From the NCBI GenBank assembly GCA_000002435.2, contig CM018792.1: 64,000 nt of DNA; one strand, 5' to 3'. Shown in pieces: positions 11,301 to 21,756 of this stretch. Numbering within the stretch: position 1 is the first letter of the stretch; every line of letters begins with the position of its first letter. The stretch is from Giardia intestinalis (Eukaryota). The notes under the pieces were generated by a model. It had not been told where the DNA came from. It saw only the letters and a program-made list of their open reading frames with translations, and made no database searches. The translations under genes and the position numbers were made by a program.

Positions 11301-12089
11301 CTGGGCATAACGGAATTGATCGTTTTGTCGAGATCGACTCTGATGTATTTAGTGGAAACTTTACAGACTGTTCCTGCAAACAAGAAGGGTCTTGAGCATT
11401 AGTTGTTCGACGCGCAGAGCTCACGTGCATCCTATACCGACGATCCTTACTTGATGTAATTCGGGGCGCCCCCTGTAATTGGTACGGAGGAACAAGTTTT
11501 GGTACGGAAGTTCGGAACGGGATAGCCGAGCTTATCTCACTAGCTTCGTCTTGCTTAGTTCGTCCAAGAGTGAAGCAAATATTCCCAAAGTTTTCCGGAA
11601 ATTTCGTTGAAGGAATGACAATAGAGAGTGGAGGCGGGCGGAAGCTGGAAGAGTCACTAACAGTGCAATCGCTAGTAACCCTACTAAGAGAGAAGTTTGC
11701 TGGGCGAGCCGGCTCATTCGGCATGTGGAGGGATATACTTGAGCCCATAGAGACGCCAGCGGCTTCAGGAATGGGCAAGCCACCAAGCTGATTCTGAGAA
11801 GCACCGAGCCCCACCTCCCTCTCGGATCCGTTAGACTTAGACTGTCTTTCTATTTCCCGAGAAGACTTCTCGTTACACACAGCACTACAGGAGGCTACTT
11901 TTACCTCTGCAAGGTCTGGCCTAAACGAGTCGGCACTTTTCACCTCTTCCACGTTGTTTAGGGCTGTTGCGTGACCTGCGCATGTCTCTTGGCGGCCTTC
12001 AAAGGACGACGTTTTGCTAGTCACCTCCTTACACTCTTCAAGAGACGGCGGCGCGTCCGAGTCCAGCGCGGAAATCTGTCCGCTGCGCC
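7961..12089. repeat. inverted repeat arm A (4129 bp), reverse-complement of 18029-22157
   Basis: Every ORF in the arm has an identical reverse-strand twin, and coordinates map as x to 30118-x. Junction bases were checked by eye at 7961/22157 and at 12089/18029. Confidence 0.85.
8380..9369 (-). CDS. UBL-UBA domain protein (ubiquilin/Dsk2/Rad23-like shuttle-factor architecture), copy 1
   Basis: The N-terminal ubiquitin-like fold is IRIAVRSTVKEFEPRTFEFFPDSTVGDLRKKVAEAIS...TVVFTQ. The C-terminal UBA-like helix bundle is IATIIGICGGDLNYNRVREAYVRLGRDMNAVVSVIMDQ. It is 329 aa and identical to the copy at 20749-21738. Confidence 0.7.
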   Translation of the reverse strand: MSDCIRIAVRSTVKEFEPRTFEFFPDSTVGDLRKKVAEAISAEAPTIRLILNASILNDDGILLSKVPNITQDTVVFTQAKPRGRILEAPPSSSAAGVAQARQIESAASRDPHAEVQDSSSGSNSDALELDPVSNNSDLVAQLVETFSCRPRLAQISLELANNNMDLAAAIIAEDPTEEDLEDTLRHMGAARHSHRPHMYSTEELEQILQTPNFLEMFTTQISDWSPNLVLRFNEDRDLLLEVLHLYLNMIEAGMAGRGILIPRERAPPQPAEQPPPLTADDEDNIATIIGICGGDLNYNRVREAYVRLGRDMNAVVSVIMDQREYFERE

Positions 12090-15000
12090 TTTCAAATGAG
12101 CTTGTAATCGTCTTCTGCCCCAAAATCCCTATACTCTCTGGGGTTCCTTCTGTTCGAACTTCGGTGTCTATGAAAGCTTGAAGTTCATTGGGAGAACTTG
12201 TTTGCGAGAGAGCATACCCCAGCCCCTTGACAGAGTGATTCTGGTCTTTGGGAAGGTTCTTAACTAGCGTGTCTATACGCAGTTCGATTAGAGAGCCTGT
12301 GTTTTCCCTATAGAACGAGCCCTTTAGGGGCGTGGGAAGTAAAAACGAGGATTCAATAGCAGCTTCATAGAGAGACTTGAGTGATGAGGTGGAGCGTTGG
12401 CTGAGTTCGTTGCAGGTTATATTAGCTCGTTGTTGGCATGCATCGACTGGGGCGCGTGTGCAGTCCACCATCGAGGATTCAGGTACATCATCCAGACCAG
12501 GGATTTCGCAAAGCTGTGACGTGGAGGAAGAAACGGACTCAATCCGCAAAACAAGGGAGGTTAGCGATGGACACGATGAAGCATCACTCAACGCTACCGC
12601 ACCCAGCTCATCGTCATCGTATTGTGGTGAGCAGCTTGGCATCGGAGAAGATAAGATACTTATGGAGGCAGTGCTTATATTCTGGGAGGAGGTGAACACA
12701 GAGTCGCGATCCTTCAAGACTTTCGGACCAAGCTGAGAAAGATGAATGGCCAGAGACGCAGCCGCCCCCAGTGCATAGCCTACTTGCGCCTCTAGTGATA
12801 TGTAGGGGGCATTTGGAATGCAGGTAACGAAGCCTGTGTAATGTCTCCAATCGAAAACTGCGCCAGATCTAGTATTTGTTGCACAAGTACACTTATTGTA
12901 GGGAGTGCACGACGTAGAAGAGACACCGTCTTTGCTGATGGGAGATGCAACCTTCTGGGATTCTAGTGAGGAGGCAAACAAGTTGGGTAAGTACTTGTTA
13001 GAAAGGGTCAGCATCTTTTCCCGAATATGAATAAGCTTAATATCAACACTACGACTCATCACAGAAAGGGGCACGGAGCGGAAACTTTGAACATCAAAAG
13101 AGTCAGAGCAAACCCCCGAAGTTTGCCCCATTGCCTGCGTGCATGGATCGGGCAAAGTAACTGCAGAAGATAGAGGCATATCTGCGGAATTCTGCGGTGC
13201 ATCACCTTCGTTAAAAATATGTCCGGATATGGTCCTAATAGGAGGTTTAGAATCGTAACTAAACACGGAGCCACTGAGGCGGGAAGTTGAATAGATCTGT
13301 CCATGTTTTAAGAGCGAGCTATCCTTGCTCGTAGGAACCCCTGTGACGCCTCTGCCATCTTTCAGACAGGAGGTGGTCTGGAGAGATTGAACTACGGTGT
13401 TAAAAGTACAAGGTGGGATATTATAATGTGCATCTTTAACAATAGTTAAAAGGGCAAACGACTTCAAACCTACCATAGCCTCTTCTGCGGAGCTTTCCAT
13501 GTCTTCAGTATCCAAATCTAGGCCTAATTGCAAAATGATCTCTACAAGAGAGGCAAAAAGGTGCTCGTCATCTGACGCTGGGAGCAAGGTCGTGATGCTA
13601 CTCTTTGACGAAACCCGAGATATGGTTTTGAGGTGGTCCTCCTCGTCTGTTGTAAATGTCCTGTTTTGATCCGAATCGTCCGTTACAATCATGTGTGGCG
13701 CAGCTACGGATCGATTGTATGCCATTTTTACTTTGGAAAGGCTTGATGTTGCTGTCTCCAAAGAATCCAGCCCAATCAACTCAGTCTTGCTGGAGAGGGA
13801 GTAAAGGTCTGTAACGTTTTGACTACGAACCCCCTCGTCTTCTATCAAGCTCTGATTGTCTGAGTCTTCAGAGTTGTATCGAATGTGGTTAGGAAAGTCG
13901 CAAGTCTGGTTAGCCAAAGGGCTGTTAGAAATGTTACAGACCATGTTGTTTAACGATGACCCGACAGTTCTGGTCTTAGTATCGTCTAAGCGACCTGTCC
14001 TTGAAGTAGACGAGAAGGTGTCACGAGAAAGGTCTTTTGTGACGCTAGCCGCGTCGGCTAAATAATCTATAGAAAAGGAAGACACGTTTGAAGGAGCAAG
14101 ACTCTCGTCCAGCCCGCCACCAGCAGTATGACGGTATACAGACGAGTAGGCGCCAGAATCTTCTGCTCGAACGCGGGCCTTCTTATAGGTCTCAACTGGA
14201 ACATGGCGAAGTATTTCACGTAGTTTTTTAGTAGCGTGGACGGATCTGCGTACACTCATACGACTGGAGAGGTTTCCATCACGACTGCGAGGAACCAGCA
14301 GCACCGGGTCAGAAGAGGTTGAGTCGTTTTCTGTGTCTGGCTCGGAAAGTGATTCAGCCTGATACCGACCATTGTTACTGGCAACAATCCCACAAATTTT
14401 TAGTTCGCGCTCATTGAAAAGCTTCAGATCGGCGTCGTTGTTTATGCGAGGTCTCCAGTGGGTGGGAAGCGTATATAGAAACTCTTCGTCGGGATAGACT
14501 GGAAGGCGATCGAGAAGGTCCTCATCGAACTGGAAGGGCTCATTAGTGTGCTCAACTGCTTCTGTTTCTTCGTAACTCTTGTATGCATAAATGAGTTCTT
14601 GGAGCTCGGGCGTTTGATAGTTGAGAATCTGATTTCGCGAGTATCCACGAGTGAAAAAGGGATGATCCATAAGCGAGTGCAAGTGTTCCGAGCATCCGTA
14701 TCGCTTGGTAGGGTGGGCCATGAGGCCGTGGATCAGATCCCAAGCTTCGTCGCTGATGAAGTCAGGCCGAGACACACACTTATCATAGTCCTCTTCTGTC
14801 TTTATAGCAGCCAATCGCTGCACTAGCTCGTCAGGAGTCGATGCAACAAAAGCAACTTCGCCGGTCAGCAGCTCATATAATATGAGCCCGAGGGCCCAGT
14901 AGTCCACCGACCGCCCATAGGCCGGTGCATTGAAGATTTCTGGAGCCATATATTCAACGGTGCCAACTATCTCACGTTCTCCAACCAGTAGGGAGCTTGT

Positions 15001-17406
15001 TTCTCTTGTTGAAGAAATCTTCGTGGTGCTGGTCTGCTTTTCGGATACCTTGACAGCCTCGATAAGAGGAGAAGCACCCTCGTCAACGGATGGAAGCTGC
15101 TCTGCAAGCCCAAAGTCCGCTAAGAGAATATGACCATCATCACGGAAGAGGAAATTAAGCGGCTTGAGATCTCTATGCACAAAGATATCGATGAGTTGCT
15201 TAGACTCGTCACAGGGAAGATTTTGCGGAGGTGCAGGAGGTTTTGGTGGTAAAGCTTGCGAGAGATGAGGATCCACTCTCAGCTGTGACTGCTTAGGAGC
15301 CGCCGACTTGGCTGCAGGTTGCTGGTTCCTGAGAACATTTGTCGTGGAAAGAGACGCGGTATGTCCTGACGATTGCGTACGGGACAGATTCTGCGCAGTA
15401 GTGCCGGACAGGTTGAAACGCTCAGGAGGAAGAGGATGTAACGGAATTCGAGATCCATTTATTACTGGATTAGGCAGATGCTGCATGGTTGTACTATCTA
15501 AAGAAGCAGCCCCAGATTGTTCTGGAGGCAGCGCACTGATCATCATCGGCCGACTAAGAGCAGGGGAGGAAAGCCCGGGGACTAGCAGATTTCTTTGTGA
15601 ACTATTCTCAACGCGAGTCCTAGATGCTAATATGAAGGAGGAGTCGGCATCGCGTCCATCTAAGAAGCTTGCCTCCGTTATCTCTACATTTTCAGCCGGG
15701 GTTGCGACCTCTATACAGTCCTCGGATTCGGGCTGCCAGAAGGAGGCCTGAGTGAGTCCAGACAACGGTCCGCTCAGAGTAGATGTAGCATTTTCTGAAA
15801 TGCTAGCAGAGCCTCGTTGTATAGAACTAGAGGGCGTTTCCGAAGAGGTATGCAAGGGACAACGCTTACTTGACAAAAGATGGCTAGAGTTCTGATTTTG
15901 TTTCGATGAGGAGCTGGAGTCGTCGGGATCGGTGGTGGGAGCAGTTTCCATGCGACTCAGTAACGATCTCTGGACGACAGGCTTTGGACCCTGTTTGGAC
16001 TGTTTGCTGGAAAAGATAAGAGGAACAGGGGGGATGAGATTCGAAATGTCGCTTTTTTCCACAAGGTTCATGGGCGTGACATCGACCACCGGAGGAGGAA
16101 TTGGAGGTATTGCAAATCTGAGAAGCATCTTGTCAAATGATACTTGGTGGAGTGAAGCATTCGGTAGCGGAGCTGATTTGCTTGTGGAAAAGGCTGGGAT
16201 CTTATTTGTATTGGCCCTAGAATTCTTAAGGGCAAGTTTTGCTTTTTGTAGGCTACTTATTGCTGATCGCTGAGATTCTGAAAGAATGGGTGACGACCCC
16301 AAAGGCAAGGAAACCTTAGGTTGCGCACTCTCTGAGCGCACGGAGGCTTTGGCTTGAATCTCAAACAAGATGCTGTCGGTGAAGTGAGACGATACTTCGC
16401 TAGTCTTGGCAGAGGCTACCAAGTCATTGGATTCTGAAGAATTGGAGTCGGAGCTGCTGGAGGAATGGTAGTGACTATTTGCCTCACGCCTGGCCTCATC
16501 TGCCATGATTTCATTCACTACCTCTGCATTAGGCTGGTTCTGGTGCAGATCCAGATGCCTTTCCCCTCGATGTGCGATATGACCGTGTAAAGTTAAAACA
16601 GCGCAAACTATTTCTGCAAACCATCTCCTGGCCCAGCCTTCGCTGACACTCCCGACTATGTCCAGAAGAGATTTCATATCACCTCCAGCAGCATAGTCCA
16701 TAACAAAGTATATGTTTTCATCGTCGTAAAACGCATAGTGGAGGCCGACGATGAAAGACGAGCGAATGCGCATCATTATGCAGCGCTCTATGCGAAGACG
16801 TATTCTGTCTGAAAGATTTTTCATCTTGCTCTTGTTGATTTTCTTGAGGGCGAACAGCTGACCCGAAAACTTGTGCTTCACAAGGTGGACAGACGCATAA
16901 GCGCCAGAGCCAATGTCCTTTAAAAGGTAGAAGTAGTCCATTGAAATACCAGACCGCCGAGAACGCAAAAGAAACGATTCACGTATGTAAATCGTGTTCA
17001 TGAAGTCAGTCAGTGAAATCTGCTGAGTGTCCGACAGTGCCAGAGAATTCATGATAGTTAGATAGCGCTCCTTGTGTACCTGTTCACTATCATCATTTAG
17101 TCTGGGTAGTGCCTCGCCATTTTGAATGGCGTCATTTAGAGATTTAGAAGTATAGGGGTTCAATTCTGAAGAGAGATCATTGAGAAGGGGGCGTTGGCTG
17201 GAGTACTGCTTGCAGCGCTCTGGGCTAAGCAGTTGCTGCGACGCCTCTTCAATGAGATGCTCAAACATTCCTATCTGCGCTTCCTTGAGCCGGTGCTCCC
17301 GGCTCAGCAGATATGCAAACATCTCTTGAATGGAATCCTCCACAAACTTACTGAACATCGATATCCGCCCCTCGGTATCTTTATCCAACTCAAGATCTGA
17401 AGTCAT
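9394..17406 (-). CDS. giant (2670 aa) AGC-family-like (MAST/Greatwall-like) Ser/Thr protein kinase with large low-complexity inserts and a long S/T-rich tail
   Basis: The N-lobe has GSGAYASV, FALKKI and YFVMDYAAGGDMKSLL. A degenerate catalytic-loop-like stretch (LTLHGHIAHRGERHLDLH) is followed by an insert of about 445 aa, then genuine HRDLKPLNFLF, LADFGLAEQ, a 45 aa insert, GTVEYMAPE, DYWALGLILYELLTG and an AGC-type HPFF tail. The ATG at 17404-17406 has an AT-rich initiator. The 3' 2.7 kb lies in IR arm A. Confidence 0.75.
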   Translation of the reverse strand: MTSDLELDKDTEGRISMFSKFVEDSIQEMFAYLLSREHRLKEAQIGMFEHLIEEASQQLLSPERCKQYSSQRPLLNDLSSELNPYTSKSLNDAIQNGEALPRLNDDSEQVHKERYLTIMNSLALSDTQQISLTDFMNTIYIRESFLLRSRRSGISMDYFYLLKDIGSGAYASVHLVKHKFSGQLFALKKINKSKMKNLSDRIRLRIERCIMMRIRSSFIVGLHYAFYDDENIYFVMDYAAGGDMKSLLDIVGSVSEGWARRWFAEIVCAVLTLHGHIAHRGERHLDLHQNQPNAEVVNEIMADEARREANSHYHSSSSSDSNSSESNDLVASAKTSEVSSHFTDSILFEIQAKASVRSESAQPKVSLPLGSSPILSESQRSAISSLQKAKLALKNSRANTNKIPAFSTSKSAPLPNASLHQVSFDKMLLRFAIPPIPPPVVDVTPMNLVEKSDISNLIPPVPLIFSSKQSKQGPKPVVQRSLLSRMETAPTTDPDDSSSSSKQNQNSSHLLSSKRCPLHTSSETPSSSIQRGSASISENATSTLSGPLSGLTQASFWQPESEDCIEVATPAENVEITEASFLDGRDADSSFILASRTRVENSSQRNLLVPGLSSPALSRPMMISALPPEQSGAASLDSTTMQHLPNPVINGSRIPLHPLPPERFNLSGTTAQNLSRTQSSGHTASLSTTNVLRNQQPAAKSAAPKQSQLRVDPHLSQALPPKPPAPPQNLPCDESKQLIDIFVHRDLKPLNFLFRDDGHILLADFGLAEQLPSVDEGASPLIEAVKVSEKQTSTTKISSTRETSSLLVGEREIVGTVEYMAPEIFNAPAYGRSVDYWALGLILYELLTGEVAFVASTPDELVQRLAAIKTEEDYDKCVSRPDFISDEAWDLIHGLMAHPTKRYGCSEHLHSLMDHPFFTRGYSRNQILNYQTPELQELIYAYKSYEETEAVEHTNEPFQFDEDLLDRLPVYPDEEFLYTLPTHWRPRINNDADLKLFNERELKICGIVASNNGRYQAESLSEPDTENDSTSSDPVLLVPRSRDGNLSSRMSVRRSVHATKKLREILRHVPVETYKKARVRAEDSGAYSSVYRHTAGGGLDESLAPSNVSSFSIDYLADAASVTKDLSRDTFSSTSRTGRLDDTKTRTVGSSLNNMVCNISNSPLANQTCDFPNHIRYNSEDSDNQSLIEDEGVRSQNVTDLYSLSSKTELIGLDSLETATSSLSKVKMAYNRSVAAPHMIVTDDSDQNRTFTTDEEDHLKTISRVSSKSSITTLLPASDDEHLFASLVEIILQLGLDLDTEDMESSAEEAMVGLKSFALLTIVKDAHYNIPPCTFNTVVQSLQTTSCLKDGRGVTGVPTSKDSSLLKHGQIYSTSRLSGSVFSYDSKPPIRTISGHIFNEGDAPQNSADMPLSSAVTLPDPCTQAMGQTSGVCSDSFDVQSFRSVPLSVMSRSVDIKLIHIREKMLTLSNKYLPNLFASSLESQKVASPISKDGVSSTSCTPYNKCTCATNTRSGAVFDWRHYTGFVTCIPNAPYISLEAQVGYALGAAASLAIHLSQLGPKVLKDRDSVFTSSQNISTASISILSSPMPSCSPQYDDDELGAVALSDASSCPSLTSLVLRIESVSSSTSQLCEIPGLDDVPESSMVDCTRAPVDACQQRANITCNELSQRSTSSLKSLYEAAIESSFLLPTPLKGSFYRENTGSLIELRIDTLVKNLPKDQNHSVKGLGYALSQTSSPNELQAFIDTEVRTEGTPESIGILGQKTITSSFERRSGQISALDSDAPPSLEECKEVTSKTSSFEGRQETCAGHATALNNVEEVKSADSFRPDLAEVKVASCSAVCNEKSSREIERQSKSNGSEREVGLGASQNQLGGLPIPEAAGVSMGSSISLHMPNEPARPANFSLSRVTSDCTVSDSSSFRPPPLSIVIPSTKFPENFGNICFTLGRTKQDEASEISSAIPFRTSVPKLVPPYQLQGAPRITSSKDRRYRMHVSSARRTTNAQDPSCLQEQSVKFPLNTSESISTKRSIPLCPDVQPAPVIVSPNRLTTLQNATSVSLPLKKVPYTQLPLITQIASLPFPVTNSAKSESTRPKATRVFPIITGKMPDIMPITTSSTQSRATLPAAQKQEPVSKKKDSDHSQLDYNSMESDEESYYYYSDSSSEDPGDVHSAHASSTTVIDLDVKNESHLTEDSTIYKDTQIPKHVPLSNMRNDRQNTSITPIYIPPTLPLTGDSVASPPVYSDRAPHSTDFQRLRPAPLLPQTPSSDSNISLVTLPLGQESKDPYSLSRTSLSQNSATTTNEFRVSAKTPRTCDADNPSSQQSVRHALSNSSILRNSNFQSILRQNKSVDFDGKHLSKLGHTVVTADCLESRHVRLSQVETQHSTSSMSEDDANVTSGELFSESRYTSKQNMASAGVEAVEKRAKGQPATSTKDRVSFSGRDTIVEFPHTEGESHSIIICQNDSSANLACTRLSGSSIAGELGASLKQGHLSASARDVVSCSTQEEIVPTVKNSLTSNRSQGGNILPNNGSKLQGNMSQNKLELSARHQSVGDVSLPARKNTAACGREERQLGDLHAANAFKPKSRAQSKAPHLASRHETSANNVEMADFLGLEFVAGEDTQYANKALRSNRSFVRALEMVPQSNRHSQSTTDCYSGEITVTAPSEIK

Positions 17407-17436
17407 TAGGGTAACTTTTTTGGTTCAAAACTAAAT
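17407..17436. promoter_or_regulatory. 30 bp AT-rich bidirectional initiator region between divergent kinase and LRR genes
   Basis: The sequence tagggtaacttttttggttcaaaactaaat separates two ATGs that face away from each other. This matches the short AT-rich Giardia promoter architecture. Confidence 0.5.
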
Positions 17437-17994
17437 ATGACTCAGCGCCTCGGAATCGTTGACTTTTCCAATATAGACGTCAAGTCTCCTCAGGAGCTTG
17501 TGGAGGAAGAGTCCAATTGCAAGACTCGCAAGCCGGTTAAGGTCCAGGACGCTAAGAAACCGCGACCTGGGGACCAGGGACTCCGCATTGCAAATTGCGA
17601 GCTCAACACGCTATCTGGGATCACTACCCTTGTCGACGCTGCAATATGGTATCCGGAGCGGCTGTGCATGATGGATCTATCCTGCAATAAAATCACCACC
17701 GTTACTGAATTGGCGAATTTCCCAAACTTACGCATTTTATATCTACAGGGGAATCGTATCCAGGACGTCAGGGATCTAGCTCCCCTGTCGTCACTTTCTC
17801 TCTTAACATCCTTGACAATTCACGGAAATCCACTAGTTGCACAGAAGAACTTTCGACCATGGATCGTCCACAATCTCCCTCAGATCACCAAGCTGGATAA
17901 CATCCCTGTAACTGCTCGTGAGCGGAGAGACGCCGAGCAGCTTGTAAAGCTGGGGGCTGTTAGTTTAGTGCGAGATAACAATCTCAATGTCTAG
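17437..17994 (+). CDS. leucine-rich-repeat protein (SDS22 / LRR-cap type), 185 aa
   Basis: LRR consensus runs in LSCNKITTVTELANFPNLRILYLQGNRIQDVRDLAPLSSLSLLTSLTIHGNPL, followed by an LRRcap-like PWIVHNLPQITKLDNIPVT. Confidence 0.75.
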   Translation: MTQRLGIVDFSNIDVKSPQELVEEESNCKTRKPVKVQDAKKPRPGDQGLRIANCELNTLSGITTLVDAAIWYPERLCMMDLSCNKITTVTELANFPNLRILYLQGNRIQDVRDLAPLSSLSLLTSLTIHGNPLVAQKNFRPWIVHNLPQITKLDNIPVTARERRDAEQLVKLGAVSLVRDNNLNV

Positions 17995-18028
17995 CTTTGT
18001 AAATACCTTCGAAGTGTCGTTCAGCTGG

Positions 18029-20724
18029 GGCGCAGCGGACAGATTTCCGCGCTGGACTCGGACGCGCCGCCGTCTCTTGAAGAGTGTAAGGAGGTGACTA
18101 GCAAAACGTCGTCCTTTGAAGGCCGCCAAGAGACATGCGCAGGTCACGCAACAGCCCTAAACAACGTGGAAGAGGTGAAAAGTGCCGACTCGTTTAGGCC
18201 AGACCTTGCAGAGGTAAAAGTAGCCTCCTGTAGTGCTGTGTGTAACGAGAAGTCTTCTCGGGAAATAGAAAGACAGTCTAAGTCTAACGGATCCGAGAGG
18301 GAGGTGGGGCTCGGTGCTTCTCAGAATCAGCTTGGTGGCTTGCCCATTCCTGAAGCCGCTGGCGTCTCTATGGGCTCAAGTATATCCCTCCACATGCCGA
18401 ATGAGCCGGCTCGCCCAGCAAACTTCTCTCTTAGTAGGGTTACTAGCGATTGCACTGTTAGTGACTCTTCCAGCTTCCGCCCGCCTCCACTCTCTATTGT
18501 CATTCCTTCAACGAAATTTCCGGAAAACTTTGGGAATATTTGCTTCACTCTTGGACGAACTAAGCAAGACGAAGCTAGTGAGATAAGCTCGGCTATCCCG
18601 TTCCGAACTTCCGTACCAAAACTTGTTCCTCCGTACCAATTACAGGGGGCGCCCCGAATTACATCAAGTAAGGATCGTCGGTATAGGATGCACGTGAGCT
18701 CTGCGCGTCGAACAACTAATGCTCAAGACCCTTCTTGTTTGCAGGAACAGTCTGTAAAGTTTCCACTAAATACATCAGAGTCGATCTCGACAAAACGATC
18801 AATTCCGTTATGCCCAGATGTACAGCCCGCGCCCGTCATTGTGTCTCCAAACCGACTGACGACCCTGCAAAATGCAACATCAGTGTCATTGCCGTTGAAA
18901 AAGGTGCCATATACTCAGCTCCCCCTAATCACGCAGATAGCAAGCTTGCCCTTCCCTGTAACAAACTCTGCCAAGTCAGAGTCTACTCGGCCAAAAGCTA
19001 CCCGGGTTTTCCCTATCATCACCGGAAAAATGCCCGACATAATGCCCATTACTACGTCGTCTACTCAGTCCAGGGCAACACTTCCTGCTGCGCAAAAACA
19101 GGAACCAGTTAGCAAGAAGAAGGACAGTGACCACAGTCAACTGGACTACAACTCAATGGAGAGCGACGAAGAGTCTTACTATTACTATTCGGATTCCTCG
19201 TCGGAAGACCCCGGCGATGTCCATTCGGCGCATGCTTCCTCGACCACAGTGATTGACTTGGATGTAAAGAATGAAAGCCACCTGACAGAAGATTCTACGA
19301 TTTACAAGGATACTCAGATACCGAAGCACGTTCCGCTTAGCAACATGAGGAACGACAGGCAAAACACTTCTATAACCCCCATTTATATACCGCCAACTCT
19401 CCCTCTGACAGGGGATTCAGTAGCTTCACCACCAGTCTATAGCGACAGAGCACCTCATTCAACAGATTTTCAGCGTCTGCGTCCGGCCCCTCTCCTCCCA
19501 CAGACACCCTCCAGCGATAGCAACATAAGCCTGGTCACGCTTCCGCTGGGGCAGGAAAGCAAAGATCCCTACTCGCTGAGCAGAACATCTCTATCACAAA
19601 ATAGTGCCACGACTACCAATGAATTCAGAGTTAGTGCAAAGACGCCAAGGACATGTGACGCGGACAATCCTTCATCTCAGCAGAGTGTGCGACATGCGCT
19701 GTCTAACTCTTCCATACTACGCAATTCCAACTTTCAGTCCATCTTACGGCAAAACAAAAGCGTCGACTTCGACGGGAAGCACCTGAGTAAGCTTGGCCAC
19801 ACAGTTGTTACGGCTGACTGCCTTGAAAGCCGACATGTCAGGCTATCGCAGGTCGAGACTCAGCATTCCACTTCATCGATGAGTGAGGATGATGCTAATG
19901 TTACCTCTGGTGAGTTATTTTCGGAGAGCAGGTACACTAGCAAGCAGAACATGGCCAGTGCAGGTGTTGAAGCGGTCGAGAAACGAGCTAAAGGGCAACC
20001 AGCGACTTCCACAAAGGACCGGGTTTCCTTTTCCGGCCGGGACACCATTGTTGAGTTTCCTCACACAGAAGGGGAGAGCCATTCTATCATCATCTGTCAA
20101 AACGATAGCTCAGCTAATCTTGCGTGTACACGTCTGAGTGGCAGCTCTATTGCAGGCGAGCTTGGTGCCTCACTCAAGCAAGGTCACCTTTCTGCTTCGG
20201 CGAGGGATGTAGTTTCCTGCTCAACTCAAGAAGAAATCGTCCCGACAGTCAAGAATTCACTAACTTCTAATAGGTCTCAAGGGGGAAACATCCTACCTAA
20301 TAACGGGAGTAAGCTTCAAGGCAATATGTCTCAGAACAAACTTGAGTTGTCAGCAAGGCATCAATCAGTTGGCGATGTTTCTTTACCTGCTCGGAAAAAC
20401 ACTGCCGCCTGCGGAAGAGAGGAAAGGCAGCTTGGGGATTTACATGCAGCAAATGCTTTCAAGCCTAAGAGCCGAGCGCAGTCGAAGGCGCCGCACCTCG
20501 CGTCTAGGCATGAAACATCAGCAAACAATGTCGAAATGGCCGACTTCTTAGGGTTAGAGTTTGTGGCAGGCGAGGATACACAGTATGCTAACAAGGCCCT
20601 ACGCTCTAACCGTTCATTTGTCAGGGCGCTGGAAATGGTTCCGCAGAGCAATCGGCACTCACAGAGCACAACGGATTGTTACTCCGGTGAGATAACCGTG
20701 ACCGCACCCTCTGAGATAAAGTGA
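18029..20724 (+). pseudogene. promoterless duplicate of the 3' part (C-terminal ~898 codons) of the giant kinase gene, in IR arm B
   Basis: The 876 aa track ORF (18094-20724) is identical to the C-terminal 876 aa of the 9394-17406 product. The track ORF opens with GTG at 18094 and lacks a start/initiator of its own; the copy begins abruptly at the repeat boundary, 35 bp after the LRR gene stop. Confidence 0.7.
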
Positions 20725-20748
20725 ATTATTAGTCTATGCAAACAAAAA

Positions 20749-21738
20749 ATGTCTGATTGCATCAGGATCGCGGTTAGGTCCACAGTGAAGGAATTCGAGC
20801 CAAGGACATTCGAGTTTTTTCCAGATAGCACCGTCGGCGATCTGCGGAAGAAGGTTGCTGAGGCCATCTCCGCAGAGGCGCCCACCATCCGTCTCATTCT
20901 CAACGCATCTATCTTGAATGATGACGGTATTCTACTGTCGAAGGTTCCAAATATCACTCAGGATACCGTAGTATTCACTCAGGCTAAACCTCGCGGAAGG
21001 ATCCTTGAAGCGCCTCCCAGCAGTTCTGCCGCAGGGGTCGCGCAGGCCCGGCAAATTGAATCGGCTGCTTCGCGAGATCCTCATGCTGAGGTGCAAGACT
21101 CCTCGTCCGGATCCAATTCAGATGCCTTAGAACTAGACCCAGTTAGCAACAACTCGGACCTCGTCGCACAGCTAGTAGAGACCTTTTCCTGTAGGCCACG
21201 GCTGGCGCAGATATCGCTCGAGCTGGCTAATAACAACATGGATCTGGCAGCTGCCATCATCGCCGAAGATCCGACAGAAGAGGATCTCGAGGACACCCTC
21301 CGGCACATGGGCGCGGCCAGACACAGCCACAGACCACACATGTACAGCACCGAGGAGCTAGAGCAGATACTCCAGACACCGAACTTCTTGGAGATGTTTA
21401 CAACCCAGATATCCGACTGGAGCCCCAATCTGGTGCTGAGATTCAACGAGGATCGCGACTTGCTCCTTGAGGTGCTCCACCTCTACCTGAACATGATCGA
21501 GGCAGGGATGGCCGGGAGAGGGATCCTTATTCCAAGGGAAAGGGCGCCGCCGCAGCCTGCAGAGCAGCCCCCTCCGCTGACCGCGGACGACGAGGACAAC
21601 ATCGCCACGATCATCGGGATCTGTGGTGGCGACCTGAACTACAACCGGGTGAGGGAGGCATATGTCAGGCTCGGGCGCGACATGAACGCGGTGGTTTCTG
21701 TGATCATGGACCAGCGAGAGTACTTTGAGAGGGAGTGA
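20749..21738 (+). CDS. UBL-UBA domain protein, copy 2 (identical to 8380-9369)
   Basis: Same 329 aa product as copy 1. It lies immediately upstream of, and co-oriented with, the full-length SGT gene, with an 18 bp gap. Confidence 0.7.
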   Translation: MSDCIRIAVRSTVKEFEPRTFEFFPDSTVGDLRKKVAEAISAEAPTIRLILNASILNDDGILLSKVPNITQDTVVFTQAKPRGRILEAPPSSSAAGVAQARQIESAASRDPHAEVQDSSSGSNSDALELDPVSNNSDLVAQLVETFSCRPRLAQISLELANNNMDLAAAIIAEDPTEEDLEDTLRHMGAARHSHRPHMYSTEELEQILQTPNFLEMFTTQISDWSPNLVLRFNEDRDLLLEVLHLYLNMIEAGMAGRGILIPRERAPPQPAEQPPPLTADDEDNIATIIGICGGDLNYNRVREAYVRLGRDMNAVVSVIMDQREYFERE

Positions 21739-21756
21739 ACGACTGCTTAAAAATAG

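Noticed and set aside
18094-20724. 876 aa ORF as an independent gene
   Set aside because: It is letter-identical to the C-terminal 876 aa of the giant kinase, begins with GTG and has no initiator of its own. It is the duplicated 3' segment inside inverted repeat arm B.
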